A stretch of 37,105 nt of DNA from Candidatus Auribacterota bacterium. GTDB taxonomy: Bacteria; Auribacterota; UBA6266. A model generated the notes under the pieces. That model was given only the letters and a program-made list of their open reading frames with translations. It made no database searches and was not told where the DNA came from. Where the stretch lies: NCBI GenBank assembly GCA_016933315.1, contig JAFGBE010000096.1, forward strand, positions 1 to 37,105, written 5' to 3'. A program made the translations under genes and the position numbers. This document shows, one piece after another, positions 21,531 to 30,140 of this stretch. Positions within the stretch are counted from its first letter, which is position 1; every line of letters starts with the position of its first letter.

Positions 21531-21938
21531 ATGGCGAAGATGTCAGGCAAAGGAAGTTCAAAAAAAGCGGCACCCAAAAAAGCAACCAGAAGTGTGCCTG
21601 CCGGAATTGCGCATATTCAGGCAACATTTAATAATACAATAGTATCCATCACCGATATGAGCGGGAAGGTGCTTTCCTGGGCGAGCGCGGGAAAAGTCGG
21701 CTTTGCGGGGTCAAGGAAAAGCACTGCTTTTGCAGCCCAGGTTGTCGCCGAGCAGGCGGGGCAGAGAGCGCGCGATTTCGGTATGAGGGAATTAGAAGTA
21801 AGAGTTAAGGGTCCGGGGGCAGGCAGGGAGTCTGCCATCAGGGCTCTTCAGGCAATCGGGTTCGAAATCACGCTGATAAGAGATTTGACCCCTATACCCC
21901 ATAACGGGTGCAGACCGCCTAAAAGAAGAAGAGTTTAA
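21531..21938 (+). CDS. rpsK: 30S ribosomal protein S11
   Basis: [16 protein letters not shown]......SAG..GF.GSRKST.FAAQ ... [16 protein letters not shown] is canonical S11. Confidence 0.96.
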   Translation: MAKMSGKGSSKKAAPKKATRSVPAGIAHIQATFNNTIVSITDMSGKVLSWASAGKVGFAGSRKSTAFAAQVVAEQAGQRARDFGMRELEVRVKGPGAGRESAIRALQAIGFEITLIRDLTPIPHNGCRPPKRRRV

Positions 21939-21979
21939 CGGGATATATTAGAAGCAAAAATAAGCAAGGAGATATTTTA

Positions 21980-22597
21980 ATGGGAAGGTACCTCGGTTCA
22001 AAACACAAAATATGCAGGAGAGTGGGAGAAGCATTATGCGGTTCCGCAAAATGCCCCGTTCACAAAAGAAACTTGCCTCCGGGACAGCACGGATCTATGA
22101 AAAGGCAGAGAAAACTGTCCGAGTACGGGGTTATGATGCTTGAAAAACAGAAATTACGTTTCATATTCGGGCTTCTGGAGAAACAATTCAGGAAATATTT
22201 CCAGAAAGCGGCCAGGATGAGCGGGAAAACAGGATATAACCTCCTGCTGCTTCTTGAAACAAGATTGGACAACCTTGTTTACAGGGCCGGATTTGCGCCC
22301 AGCATAGCTGCTGCCAGGCAGATGGTCCGCCACGGGCATGTTATTGTGGACGGCAGGAAAACCGATGTCCCTTCTTTCCAGGTGAAAACCGGGCAGACTG
22401 TTAAGATGAAAGAAAAAAGCCGCAGCAAACCTACTTTTATCGCGTTTGTGGAAGAGAACAAGGACAAGCTTCCCGATATGCCTTATTTGGAGAGAAACCT
22501 TGGCTCTTTTGAATTCAAGGTTAAACATATGCCGAAGAGGGAAGAGATCCCTGTTGCTATAAATGAACAGTTAATCGTTGAGCTTTATTCCAAGTAA
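21980..22597 (+). CDS. rpsD: 30S ribosomal protein S4
   Basis: MGRY.G...K..RR.G ... LE.RLDN.VYR.GFA.S...ARQ.V.HGH..V.G..V..PS. S4 domain; 205 aa. Confidence 0.95.
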   Translation: MGRYLGSKHKICRRVGEALCGSAKCPVHKRNLPPGQHGSMKRQRKLSEYGVMMLEKQKLRFIFGLLEKQFRKYFQKAARMSGKTGYNLLLLLETRLDNLVYRAGFAPSIAAARQMVRHGHVIVDGRKTDVPSFQVKTGQTVKMKEKSRSKPTFIAFVEENKDKLPDMPYLERNLGSFEFKVKHMPKREEIPVAINEQLIVELYSK

Positions 22598-22625
22598 AAT
22601 TAAATAAATTTTTACGGAGGCTAAA

Positions 22626-23618
22626 ATGTCAGTTAAGCTGGGAAGATTTGAGATGCCGAACAGGCTTAAAAAAGAAGAACAGTCTGCGACTAACGCTTAT
22701 GCAAAGTTTATCGCAGAACCTTTTGAAAGAGGGTATGGATATACCATAGGCAATTCCCTGAGAAGGGTCCTTCTTTCGTCGCTGGAAGGGATTGCCGTTA
22801 CTGCTGTAAAAATTGAGGGTGTCCAGCATGAATTTTCAACAATGAAGGGTGTTATAGAGGATGTGGCGCAGATTCTGCTGAACATCAAGAAGATTCTGCT
22901 TGTCTCCGATTCGCGGGAACCCAAGAGAATGACTCTTAACATATCCAAGGAAGGCGAAGTTAAAGCCGGTGATATCAAGACCGACGGCACAGTGACCGTG
23001 CTCAACCCGGACATGCATATTGCCACGATCGAGAAAGGCGGCAAACTGGTTGTTGAAATGGATGTTGAAATCGGCAGGGGATACAGGCTTGCGGAAAACA
23101 ATAAGAAGAAAGGCCAGCCAATAGGATACATCCCTATGGATTCGATATTTTCTCCTGTTAAGAAAGTTAAATATGCCGTGGAGAATACAAGGGTTGGACA
23201 GATGACCGACTACGATAAACTGGTGGTTGAAATCTGGACAGACGGGCGGCTGTTGCCCGAAGAGGCCCTGAAACAGTCATCCGCCATCCTCAGGGCGCAT
23301 CTTGACGTTTTCGTGAACTATGATGACAATTACGTGGAGTTTGAAGAAGAAAACAAGACTGAAAAGAAAGAGGAAGAAGGAAACAAGAAAAAACTGAACA
23401 TGCCTATCAGTGAGATAGAATTATCCGTAAGATCCACCAATTGCCTCAGGAATGCCAGCATAAACACCATAGGGGAATTGGTTTCAATGACCGAAACGGA
23501 CCTTCTCAAGCAGAGGAATTTCGGCAAGAAATCACTTAATGAAATAAAGGCTGTCCTTAAAGAGCTCAATCTTTCTCTCGGTATGAAGACTGAAAAAGAG
23601 CCCGAAGAACAGAAATAA
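22626..23618 (+). CDS. rpoA: DNA-directed RNA polymerase subunit alpha
   Basis: EPFERGYG.T.GN.LRRVLLSS..G.AVT.VKIEGV.HEF in the NTD. CTD helix-hairpin-helix I.E.ELSVRS.NCL.NA.I.TIGELV. 330 aa, with an acidic/Lys-rich linker. Confidence 0.96.
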   Translation: MSVKLGRFEMPNRLKKEEQSATNAYAKFIAEPFERGYGYTIGNSLRRVLLSSLEGIAVTAVKIEGVQHEFSTMKGVIEDVAQILLNIKKILLVSDSREPKRMTLNISKEGEVKAGDIKTDGTVTVLNPDMHIATIEKGGKLVVEMDVEIGRGYRLAENNKKKGQPIGYIPMDSIFSPVKKVKYAVENTRVGQMTDYDKLVVEIWTDGRLLPEEALKQSSAILRAHLDVFVNYDDNYVEFEEENKTEKKEEEGNKKKLNMPISEIELSVRSTNCLRNASINTIGELVSMTETDLLKQRNFGKKSLNEIKAVLKELNLSLGMKTEKEPEEQK

Positions 23619-23637
23619 ATGTATAGGAGCAGAAATT

Positions 23638-24078
23638 ATGCAGCATGGTAAAAAGAAATCGAATAAGCTGAACATGAAAGCCGGGCACAGGAAATCGGTA
23701 TTCTCCAATCTTTTGTGCCAGCTCATAAATCACGGGAGAATAAAAACGACGGAAGTGAAGGCGAAACAGCTTGTGAAACAGGCCGACAGGATAATTACCG
23801 TTGCTAAAAAACAAACACTTCACGCCAGAAGAACGGCTGTTTCAGTGCTCAAGGACAGAAAAGCCGTCAAAAAGCTTTTTTCCGAGATAGCAAAACATTT
23901 TGAGAACAGGAAAGGCGGTTACTCGAAAGCAATTAAAACGACTTACAGACGGGGTGATGCGGCTCCTCTTGCTATTGTCGAGCTTATAGGTTTTCAGCCG
24001 GTTGCGGGAACGGGCAAGAAAGACAAGGATAAAGATAAAAAAGCTTCAAAATCGAAGCCAAAACCGAAAACAAAGTAA
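23638..24078 (+). CDS. rplQ: 50S ribosomal protein L17
   Basis: GHRKS...NL..QLI.HGRI.TT..KAK.L....D..IT.AK ... GGY.R. pattern. Lys-rich C-terminal tail. Last gene of the alpha block. Confidence 0.94.
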   Translation: MQHGKKKSNKLNMKAGHRKSVFSNLLCQLINHGRIKTTEVKAKQLVKQADRIITVAKKQTLHARRTAVSVLKDRKAVKKLFSEIAKHFENRKGGYSKAIKTTYRRGDAAPLAIVELIGFQPVAGTGKKDKDKDKKASKSKPKPKTK

Positions 24079-24101
24079 CGTAAAATACATTTTCGCCATC
24101 A

Positions 24102-24133
24102 AAACCCCGTCTTTTAAAGAACGGGGTTTTTTT
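24102..24133 (+). terminator. Rho-independent terminator closing the ribosomal supercluster
   Basis: AAACCCCGT (24102-24110) pairs with ACGGGGTTT (24121-24129) around a 10-nt loop. It is followed by a 7-T run (24127-24133), 24 nt after the rplQ stop. Confidence 0.85.
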
Positions 24134-24172
24134 GTTTATTGTTTTTGCCTTTAGGAGTAAAATTGAATAACA

Positions 24173-24688
24173 ATGGCTAAAGAAAGCAATACATTAAACC
24201 GTGCAGTTTATCTTGCCTTGAGGGATAAATATTTTTATCACGTCAGAGAGATGTTCAGGTCCGTATTTTTGAACAAACCCCTGAATTCCCGGATGAAAAA
24301 AGTCGGCGAGCTTATAGAACACCTGGGTAATGCGGTGAAATATGCCCGGCTGGCCCTGAACGGCAATGATAAAGATGCGGCTGACGCCGAATTCGCTGAT
24401 TTTATTGATATCCTTAAGGGGTCTGCCGAGGTGGCTTATACGCTGCTCCAGCATGAGAAAATACTTTCGGAAAACGAAGAGCTGATATCAAAATTCAGCG
24501 GCGTGAGCGATGCGGATATCAACCAGTCGAAAAAACTCCACGGCGAGCGGGCGGCCGAGATAATGGCCGGCATGAAACTGCTGATAGAAAAGGGCAAAGG
24601 GCGGATCAGCGATATACAGATGTCGGCGAAGAAGAATTTCTCAAAGGGCGATAAAGACAGATACGACAGAATGTACAGCATGCATTGA
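24173..24688 (+). CDS. Hypothetical protein, 171 aa, predicted soluble and helical, no family recognised
   Basis: Long ORF with genome-typical K/E/D/L-rich composition. First ORF after the terminator. The antisense ORF 24436-25047 looks like junk. I can identify no motif. Confidence 0.7.
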   Translation: MAKESNTLNRAVYLALRDKYFYHVREMFRSVFLNKPLNSRMKKVGELIEHLGNAVKYARLALNGNDKDAADAEFADFIDILKGSAEVAYTLLQHEKILSENEELISKFSGVSDADINQSKKLHGERAAEIMAGMKLLIEKGKGRISDIQMSAKKNFSKGDKDRYDRMYSMH

Positions 24689-24702
24689 ATTTTAAGGGAA
24701 GG

Positions 24703-25083
24703 ATGGCTATGAAAAGAACAGTTTTGGAAATTTATGCTTTGCTTGTGTGCCTGATATCGGTATTGTTTATAATCGTGAACCTGCATGAAGTCCTTTTCGG
24801 AGCCGTCAAATTGGTTAACCCGGCGATGGCTGTTTCCGAATATGAACAGAAACAATACCTGAACAACAGAAGCTATACCGAAAAATGGAACGAGAAGAAG
24901 CTTAAAAGTTATACGGAAGAGCAGATAACAAGAATGAGAGAAGACGACTATAACAGCCTCCTGGAAGTAAAAAAGAACACGGAGAAAACGAAGTTCGTAA
25001 GGGCAGTCCTGTATCTGATAATAGCGTCGGCTTTTTTTGCCGGGCACTGGAGCCTGGCCAGGAAAGAGCGGGCCAGGGGCTGA
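24703..25083 (+). CDS. Hypothetical membrane protein, two predicted TM helices, 126 aa
   Basis: ATG at 24703 directly follows RBS AAGGGAAGG (24694-24702). Hydrophobic segments VLEIYALLVCLISVLFIIVNL and AVLYLIIASAFFAGHW flank a charged loop of about 60 aa. The track ORF begins at an in-frame TTG at 24685 that overlaps the upstream stop. Confidence 0.72.
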   Translation: MAMKRTVLEIYALLVCLISVLFIIVNLHEVLFGAVKLVNPAMAVSEYEQKQYLNNRSYTEKWNEKKLKSYTEEQITRMREDDYNSLLEVKKNTEKTKFVRAVLYLIIASAFFAGHWSLARKERARG

Positions 25084-25097
25084 ACCGGGGAAAATAA

Positions 25098-25508
25098 ATG
25101 CAGGAATGCATATTCTGTAAAATAGCTGAGAATAAAATACCTTCGGTTAATATATATGATTCAGGCAAGTCCCTTGCCTTTATGGATATAATGCCTGCGC
25201 GCAAAGGGCATGTGCTTGTCATACCCAGAAAGCACGGCGAGATACTTTCGGATATATCCGAAGAAGATTTAAAGGATGTTATACTGACTGTCAGAAAAGT
25301 AACTGACGCCATGTTTAAGTCGCTGTGTTGTGATGGAATAAATGTCCATCAGTGCAACAGGGCCGCGGCCGGACAGGTTGTTAACCATGTTCATTTCCAT
25401 CTTATTCCCAGATCGGAAGGGGACAATCTTAATTTCGGCTGGCCGCATGAAGCTTATGATAAGGGTGAAATGGAGAATATAGCGGGCAAAATCAGGTCCT
25501 CTCTTTAA
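25098..25508 (+). CDS. HIT (histidine triad) family nucleotide hydrolase or transferase
   Basis: 136 aa. N-terminal CIFCKI and the histidine-triad motif HVHFHLIP. Confidence 0.88.
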   Translation: MQECIFCKIAENKIPSVNIYDSGKSLAFMDIMPARKGHVLVIPRKHGEILSDISEEDLKDVILTVRKVTDAMFKSLCCDGINVHQCNRAAAGQVVNHVHFHLIPRSEGDNLNFGWPHEAYDKGEMENIAGKIRSSL

Positions 25509-25519
25509 ATTTCAACGAC

Positions 25520-25864
25520 ATGAAATCCAGAAGCGCTTTTCTAGAAATTTTAGCTCAGAATATCGGGGATAAGCATCCTTACAGCATAGAAGCTTATAAT
25601 TTTGTGATTATGACGCTTGCTTTTGCCCGGAAAAAAATAGGTTCTGCAGGGGATGTGCCCGCATCGGAGTTCGTCAAAGCGCTGGCTGATTATGCCGAGA
25701 GGGAATTCGGACCGATGGCAAAAAAGGTTCTTGAACACTGGGGCTTGAAGTCGTTTAAGGATTTCGGCGAAATAGTGTTCAACATGTCCGAATGGGGTTT
25801 GCTTGAAATGTCCGGGAATGATAAAATGGAAGAGTTTTTGGAAGCGGGCGAATTTAAATTCTGA
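25520..25864 (+). CDS. Small conserved hypothetical protein, tentatively Minf_1886-like family
   Basis: 114 aa. The pattern HPY..EAY.F....L.......G......EF......YA...FGPMA..VLE.WG......DFGEIVF.M.......... matches my recollection of the PVC-enriched Minf_1886 (TIGR04138) family. This was not verified by search. Confidence 0.6.
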   Translation: MKSRSAFLEILAQNIGDKHPYSIEAYNFVIMTLAFARKKIGSAGDVPASEFVKALADYAEREFGPMAKKVLEHWGLKSFKDFGEIVFNMSEWGLLEMSGNDKMEEFLEAGEFKF

Positions 25865-25885
25865 TCATAAAGGGGTGTTTTAGAT

Positions 25886-28549
25886 ATGGCGTCGAAAAGA
25901 AACAAGTGGTTGTGGATCGTCCTGATAATACCTGTGGTTGTAATATGGGCCTGCATAAACTATTCCAGATGGTGGGGAAAGCTCTCGCCCGGCGATGTGA
26001 TAGATTCTCTTTACAGCAAAAACAAGCTGGTAACCAGGGAGCTTGATAACGGCCTTCAGATTCTTGTCCTGGAAAATAATTCCGCCCCTGTCGTTTCTAT
26101 AAGGTATTACGTCAAGACAGGAAGCGTGTTTGAAGGGAAGTACGGCGGGATGGGTATCTCTCATTATGTTGAGCATCTTGTTTCCAGCGGCTCTACGTCC
26201 AAAATAAGCGAAATCCAGGTGCAGGAAATTTTAAGGGAGCTGGGGGGTGCTTCCAACGCGTATACATCCAAAGACAGCACCTGTTATTATATAAACACCA
26301 GCCCGGAAAATTTTGAAAAAGCGTTTAACCTGATTACCGCAAATGTCTTCGAAGCGGCTCTCTCCCCCGAAGAAGCGGACAGGGAGAAAGGGGTGATAAT
26401 AAAAGAAATCGAGCGAGGGCTCGATAAGCCCGAATCCATATTGTTCAAGACGCTGGATGAGCTTACTTACGGAGACCATCCTGCCGCGTTTCCAGTTATA
26501 GGTTATCTTGAGCGGTTTAAGAAAATAAAAAGAGAGGATATCCTCGATTACTACACCAGCAGGTATGTGCCTAACAATGTCGTGCTTGTCATTTGCGGAA
26601 ATGTGAAAGCGGCTAAAATCCTTCCCAAGATGGAAGTTTCGCTGTTGAAATATGAGAGGGGCCCCGAGATGAACAGGACTCTTCCCGAGTCATCTCCCCA
26701 GCTGACAGGCAAGCGGTCAGAGAAATATCTTGATATAGCGAAAGCCCACTATATTATGAGTTTTAAGACGGTTGATATTTATGATGAAGACCTTTATGCC
26801 CTGGACCTGCTGGCTGAGATACTGTCTGCGGGCGAGAGCTCTGTTTTCCAGAAAGAGATAAAACATAACAGGGAATTGGTCGATGTGATAAGTTCTGCCT
26901 CTTTTACCCCTTCTTATGCGCCCGGGTATTTTTATATTTATTCGGTTTTGGAGGCGGGCAAGATGCCGCCCTCCCGCCACGCCGTGCTTAAAGAAATAAG
27001 GCATGTCAAAGAAAAAGGCGTTAAGAAATCTGTTCTCGAAAAAGCGAAAAATATAATTATAACGAATTATATTTTCCGGCTGAGGGAAATCGAAGCGCAG
27101 GCTTCCGATATCGGGTCTTCGTACCTTATTTCGGGCGATCCTTTCTTTACCCGCCGCTATCTTAAGGGGATTCTTGATGTCAGGTCGGAAGACCTTAAGA
27201 GGGTGGCGCGGAAGTATTTCAACCAGGACAACCTGATTGAGATTTCGGTGGCGAAAAAAGAAGCAGCGGCCCCCGTCGAGGAAAAAGAGAAAGAAGAATC
27301 GTCCGATATTAAAGAGTTCAGCCTTGACAACGGAGTGAAGCTTATTATGAAGAATAACCCTTCGACCCCGACGGTTGCCATAGTGGCCTGTTTTAAAGGC
27401 GGGCTGGTGGAGGAAAACAAGGATAATTCCGGAATCTTTAATTTTATGGCGTCGGTTATGGATAAAGGGACCGAGGAAATCAGCGCGGCCCGGATGGCCG
27501 AAAGGATAGACAGGATAGGGGGCAATGTTTCGGTTGCGGCGGGCAATAATAACATTATTATCGGGATATCCGTTCTAAAAGACGAGATTAAAGAGGGTAT
27601 CAGCATATTAAAAGAAATTGTTTCGAAAGCGAATTTCAACGGCATTGAAATTGAAAAACAGAGAAGGCTTATACTTTCTTCCATTGAGCGCCTTAATGAC
27701 AACCCTCTAACGGAAGCAGCGATACTGGCGAGAAAAACCTATTTCGGGGAACATCCCTATGGCATGGAGCTTATAGGCAGCAAAACTTCTGTTGAAAGCA
27801 TTGCGCGTTCGGACCTTCAGCGTGTTTACGCCGAATATGTCAAGCCGGACAATTGCATAATGGCTGTATTCGGTGACATTGATTTTAAAAAGACGATAAA
27901 TATACTTAATGGAGAACTGGGCGAGTGGCGGACAGATAAATTCAGGGAAAAAGAAATCCCGGGATTCGCCCCTCCGGAAGATTACAAAATAGTCCAGAAG
28001 AAAACCACAAAAAACAATGCGATAATTATAGAAGTATATCCTTCCTGCGGTTTTAATTCGGAGGATTATTACTGTTTTGACGTAATTGACAGCCTGGTAT
28101 CAGGCATTGATTATCCCGGAGGATGGCTGCATGAAGCATTAAGGGGGAATGACAAACTGGTTTATATGGTGCACGCCCAGTTTATGCCCAAGCTGAAAAC
28201 GGGGGCATTTATGGTCTTTGCCGAAACGTCGCCAGACAAGATCCAGCAGGTTCTCGATAAGATAAACGGGCAGTTTGACCGGCTCAGGAACAAAGAATTC
28301 ACCGATGAAGAACTGGCAATAGCGAAAAACATATGTATTACAATGCACCAGATGGGATTGCAGACGAATGAGGAACAGGCGGCGGATACGGTGCTGAACC
28401 TCCGCTATAACAGGGGATTGGATTTCAGCAAGCAATATCCGGGGAATATAAGGAAAGTAACAAGAGAGGATATAGAAAAGTGCATAAACAAGTATTTTAG
28501 CAAGGGGCCTGTTACGGTTGTTACCAGCCCCCTGGCAATCGAGTTTTAA
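25886..28549 (+). CDS. Membrane-anchored M16 (pitrilysin/insulinase) family zinc peptidase, fused active plus inactive modules
   Basis: 887 aa. N-terminal TM segment WLWIVLIIPVVVIWACI. Inverted zinc motif HYVEH at 26162-26176 with downstream EKGVIIKEIE. The second M16-like half (from about residue 470) lacks HxxEH. Confidence 0.88.
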   Translation: MASKRNKWLWIVLIIPVVVIWACINYSRWWGKLSPGDVIDSLYSKNKLVTRELDNGLQILVLENNSAPVVSIRYYVKTGSVFEGKYGGMGISHYVEHLVSSGSTSKISEIQVQEILRELGGASNAYTSKDSTCYYINTSPENFEKAFNLITANVFEAALSPEEADREKGVIIKEIERGLDKPESILFKTLDELTYGDHPAAFPVIGYLERFKKIKREDILDYYTSRYVPNNVVLVICGNVKAAKILPKMEVSLLKYERGPEMNRTLPESSPQLTGKRSEKYLDIAKAHYIMSFKTVDIYDEDLYALDLLAEILSAGESSVFQKEIKHNRELVDVISSASFTPSYAPGYFYIYSVLEAGKMPPSRHAVLKEIRHVKEKGVKKSVLEKAKNIIITNYIFRLREIEAQASDIGSSYLISGDPFFTRRYLKGILDVRSEDLKRVARKYFNQDNLIEISVAKKEAAAPVEEKEKEESSDIKEFSLDNGVKLIMKNNPSTPTVAIVACFKGGLVEENKDNSGIFNFMASVMDKGTEEISAARMAERIDRIGGNVSVAAGNNNIIIGISVLKDEIKEGISILKEIVSKANFNGIEIEKQRRLILSSIERLNDNPLTEAAILARKTYFGEHPYGMELIGSKTSVESIARSDLQRVYAEYVKPDNCIMAVFGDIDFKKTINILNGELGEWRTDKFREKEIPGFAPPEDYKIVQKKTTKNNAIIIEVYPSCGFNSEDYYCFDVIDSLVSGIDYPGGWLHEALRGNDKLVYMVHAQFMPKLKTGAFMVFAETSPDKIQQVLDKINGQFDRLRNKEFTDEELAIAKNICITMHQMGLQTNEEQAADTVLNLRYNRGLDFSKQYPGNIRKVTREDIEKCINKYFSKGPVTVVTSPLAIEF

Positions 28550-28563
28550 CAGGAGAAAATCCA

Positions 28564-28872
28564 ATGGATTCCAATCAGGAACAGAAAAAAGAAATACAGT
28601 TTATCGGGTTTGTATCCATATTCGGCAACTCTGCCATGCAGGCTATGGGAAAAGTGGCAAACCCTTTTAACGGAAAGATCGAAAAGAATATGGAAGCGGC
28701 GAAGGCTTCTATAGACCTTCTTGAGCTTCTGGAGGAGAAAACAAAGGGAAACCTTACGCAGAATGAGCAGAAGGCGCTTGAATCGCTTCTTACGAACCTC
28801 AGGCTGAACTATGCCGATGAGATGAAAAAACCCGAAAAGAATGAAGAGAAAAAAGAGCAGGACAGGAAATGA
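28564..28872 (+). CDS. DUF1844 domain-containing protein
   Basis: 102 aa. F.GFV......A...G...NP..G........AK.SIDLLE.L.EKTKGNLT..E...L...L..LR..Y matches the DUF1844 consensus as I remember it. Confidence 0.7.
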   Translation: MDSNQEQKKEIQFIGFVSIFGNSAMQAMGKVANPFNGKIEKNMEAAKASIDLLELLEEKTKGNLTQNEQKALESLLTNLRLNYADEMKKPEKNEEKKEQDRK

Positions 28873-29420
28873 ACTGGGAGATTGAAAAACGGCATAAACA
28901 GTGCGACAAATGTTCATATGTATTCGTAACCGGCGATATCTGCCACACGGCGTTTGCTTTTTCCGGAGATGAAGACGCAGGCAGGAGGCTGGACTTGTGC
29001 GATAAGTGCTGGGCTGAGGACAGATCCGGCGGACAGGCCCAGGAGCAGAAAAAGATTTACTGGCAGGGGGTTGTGAAAATAAAACCTCCCGAAGAGAAAC
29101 CCGAAGTCATAAAAAAGAATTCAGCGGAAGACATGCTCAGAAAAATAGTGCATTCCAATGACCCGGCAAAAATAAATGTGAGTTATATACTGGGCCTGAT
29201 GCTTGAAAGGAAAAAGATTTTTATCGTCATCGATAATATTGTCGAGAGAGAAACCGGCAGGAAGCTTATTGTGTATGAGAACTCGAAGACCGGCGAAAAT
29301 TTTATAATAACGGATCCCGGCATAACACCGGATAAAGTCAGCGAAGTCCAGAGACATGTAATTGAGCTGCTTGACGGGCCCCCCGCGGGGGAAAGCGTGC
29401 CTGTCGAACAGGAGTCTTAG
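28869..29420 (+). CDS. Hypothetical zinc-ribbon protein, 183 aa
   Basis: The start ATG overlaps the upstream TGA (ATGA, 4-nt overlap). N-terminal CDKC-x26-CDKC four-Cys motif, then a globular C-terminal region. No family recognised. Confidence 0.72.
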   Translation: MNWEIEKRHKQCDKCSYVFVTGDICHTAFAFSGDEDAGRRLDLCDKCWAEDRSGGQAQEQKKIYWQGVVKIKPPEEKPEVIKKNSAEDMLRKIVHSNDPAKINVSYILGLMLERKKIFIVIDNIVERETGRKLIVYENSKTGENFIITDPGITPDKVSEVQRHVIELLDGPPAGESVPVEQES

Positions 29421-29427
29421 CCGCAGC

Positions 29428-30081
29428 TCACCAGTACCCGAATTTTCCCGTGTATAAAATATATATCCCCAGGCAGAGATTTGTGGTTGCGTGGGCGATT
29501 ATGCAGTCAAAGATTTTTCTGCGCCTGTAAAGTATCAGCGTGAAGATGATTCCCGTGGCAATTGCGCCCGGCCATTCCCATGGACGGTGACCCAGGACAA
29601 AGAGGATTATGCTGCCGGCGAATGAAAACCACGTGAATTCTCCCACGGGAACCGATTTGAAATCGTCTGAGTTTATCAGCCACCTTATGATGAATGAACG
29701 CATGAAAAGTTCTTCAAAGACAGGGACAAGAAGAAAAGAGCCTCCTATCCTGAAAGATATAAGCGCCAGAGAAACGACTTTGCTGCTCCCGAGAGGCGTA
29801 TATTCCGACGACGGCAGGTGAAATGTCATGAACGGCGCATATTCGGCGAGGGCAACCCACAGTATGAATCCCAGTATGCCGGCGGCGAGAGCAAAAAGAG
29901 AAAACCCGAATTCAATTTCGGAATATGATTTGAACCAGTAGAGGACAAGGGCTGCGGTGATTATAGTTTTAAGAATATAGATAAAATAGCCGTAACCGGG
30001 AAAGTAGCGGGCAAAAGAACCTATTAAAATAAATGTAAAATAGGGTACTATATATGGGATAATAGGTTTCCAGTTCTTCAT
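29428..30081 (-). CDS. CPBP (CAAX protease/bacteriocin-processing, Abi) family intramembrane metalloprotease
   Basis: Conserved motifs FEELFMRSF (EExxxR), FVLGH (FxxxH) and IAHATTN (HxxxN) within a multi-TM protein. Start placed at the ATG at 30081 (MKNWKPIIPY...). The longer track ORF to 30264 would overlap the divergent gene. No clear RBS, so the start is uncertain. Confidence 0.8.
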   Translation of the reverse strand: MKNWKPIIPYIVPYFTFILIGSFARYFPGYGYFIYILKTIITAALVLYWFKSYSEIEFGFSLFALAAGILGFILWVALAEYAPFMTFHLPSSEYTPLGSSKVVSLALISFRIGGSFLLVPVFEELFMRSFIIRWLINSDDFKSVPVGEFTWFSFAGSIILFVLGHRPWEWPGAIATGIIFTLILYRRRKIFDCIIAHATTNLCLGIYILYTGKFGYW

Positions 30082-30140
30082 TAGTATGAAGATATCAAAA
30101 ATGCTATTAAATTCAAAGCCATAAAAGCCGGAGTATCCTG

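Noticed and set aside
24135-24172. Promoter for the seven-gene operon (TAAAAT at 24158-24163).
   Set aside because: The -10-like hexamer has no convincing -35 partner and lies only 10 nt from the ATG. The AGGAG at 24153-24157 is 15 nt from the start. This is too ambiguous to annotate.
24436-25047. 203-aa - strand ORF opposite the two orphan genes.
   Set aside because: Its composition is junk-like (F, S, C, L rich). The + strand ORFs have an RBS, a plausible helical or TM organisation and operon context. I kept the + strand calls at reduced confidence.
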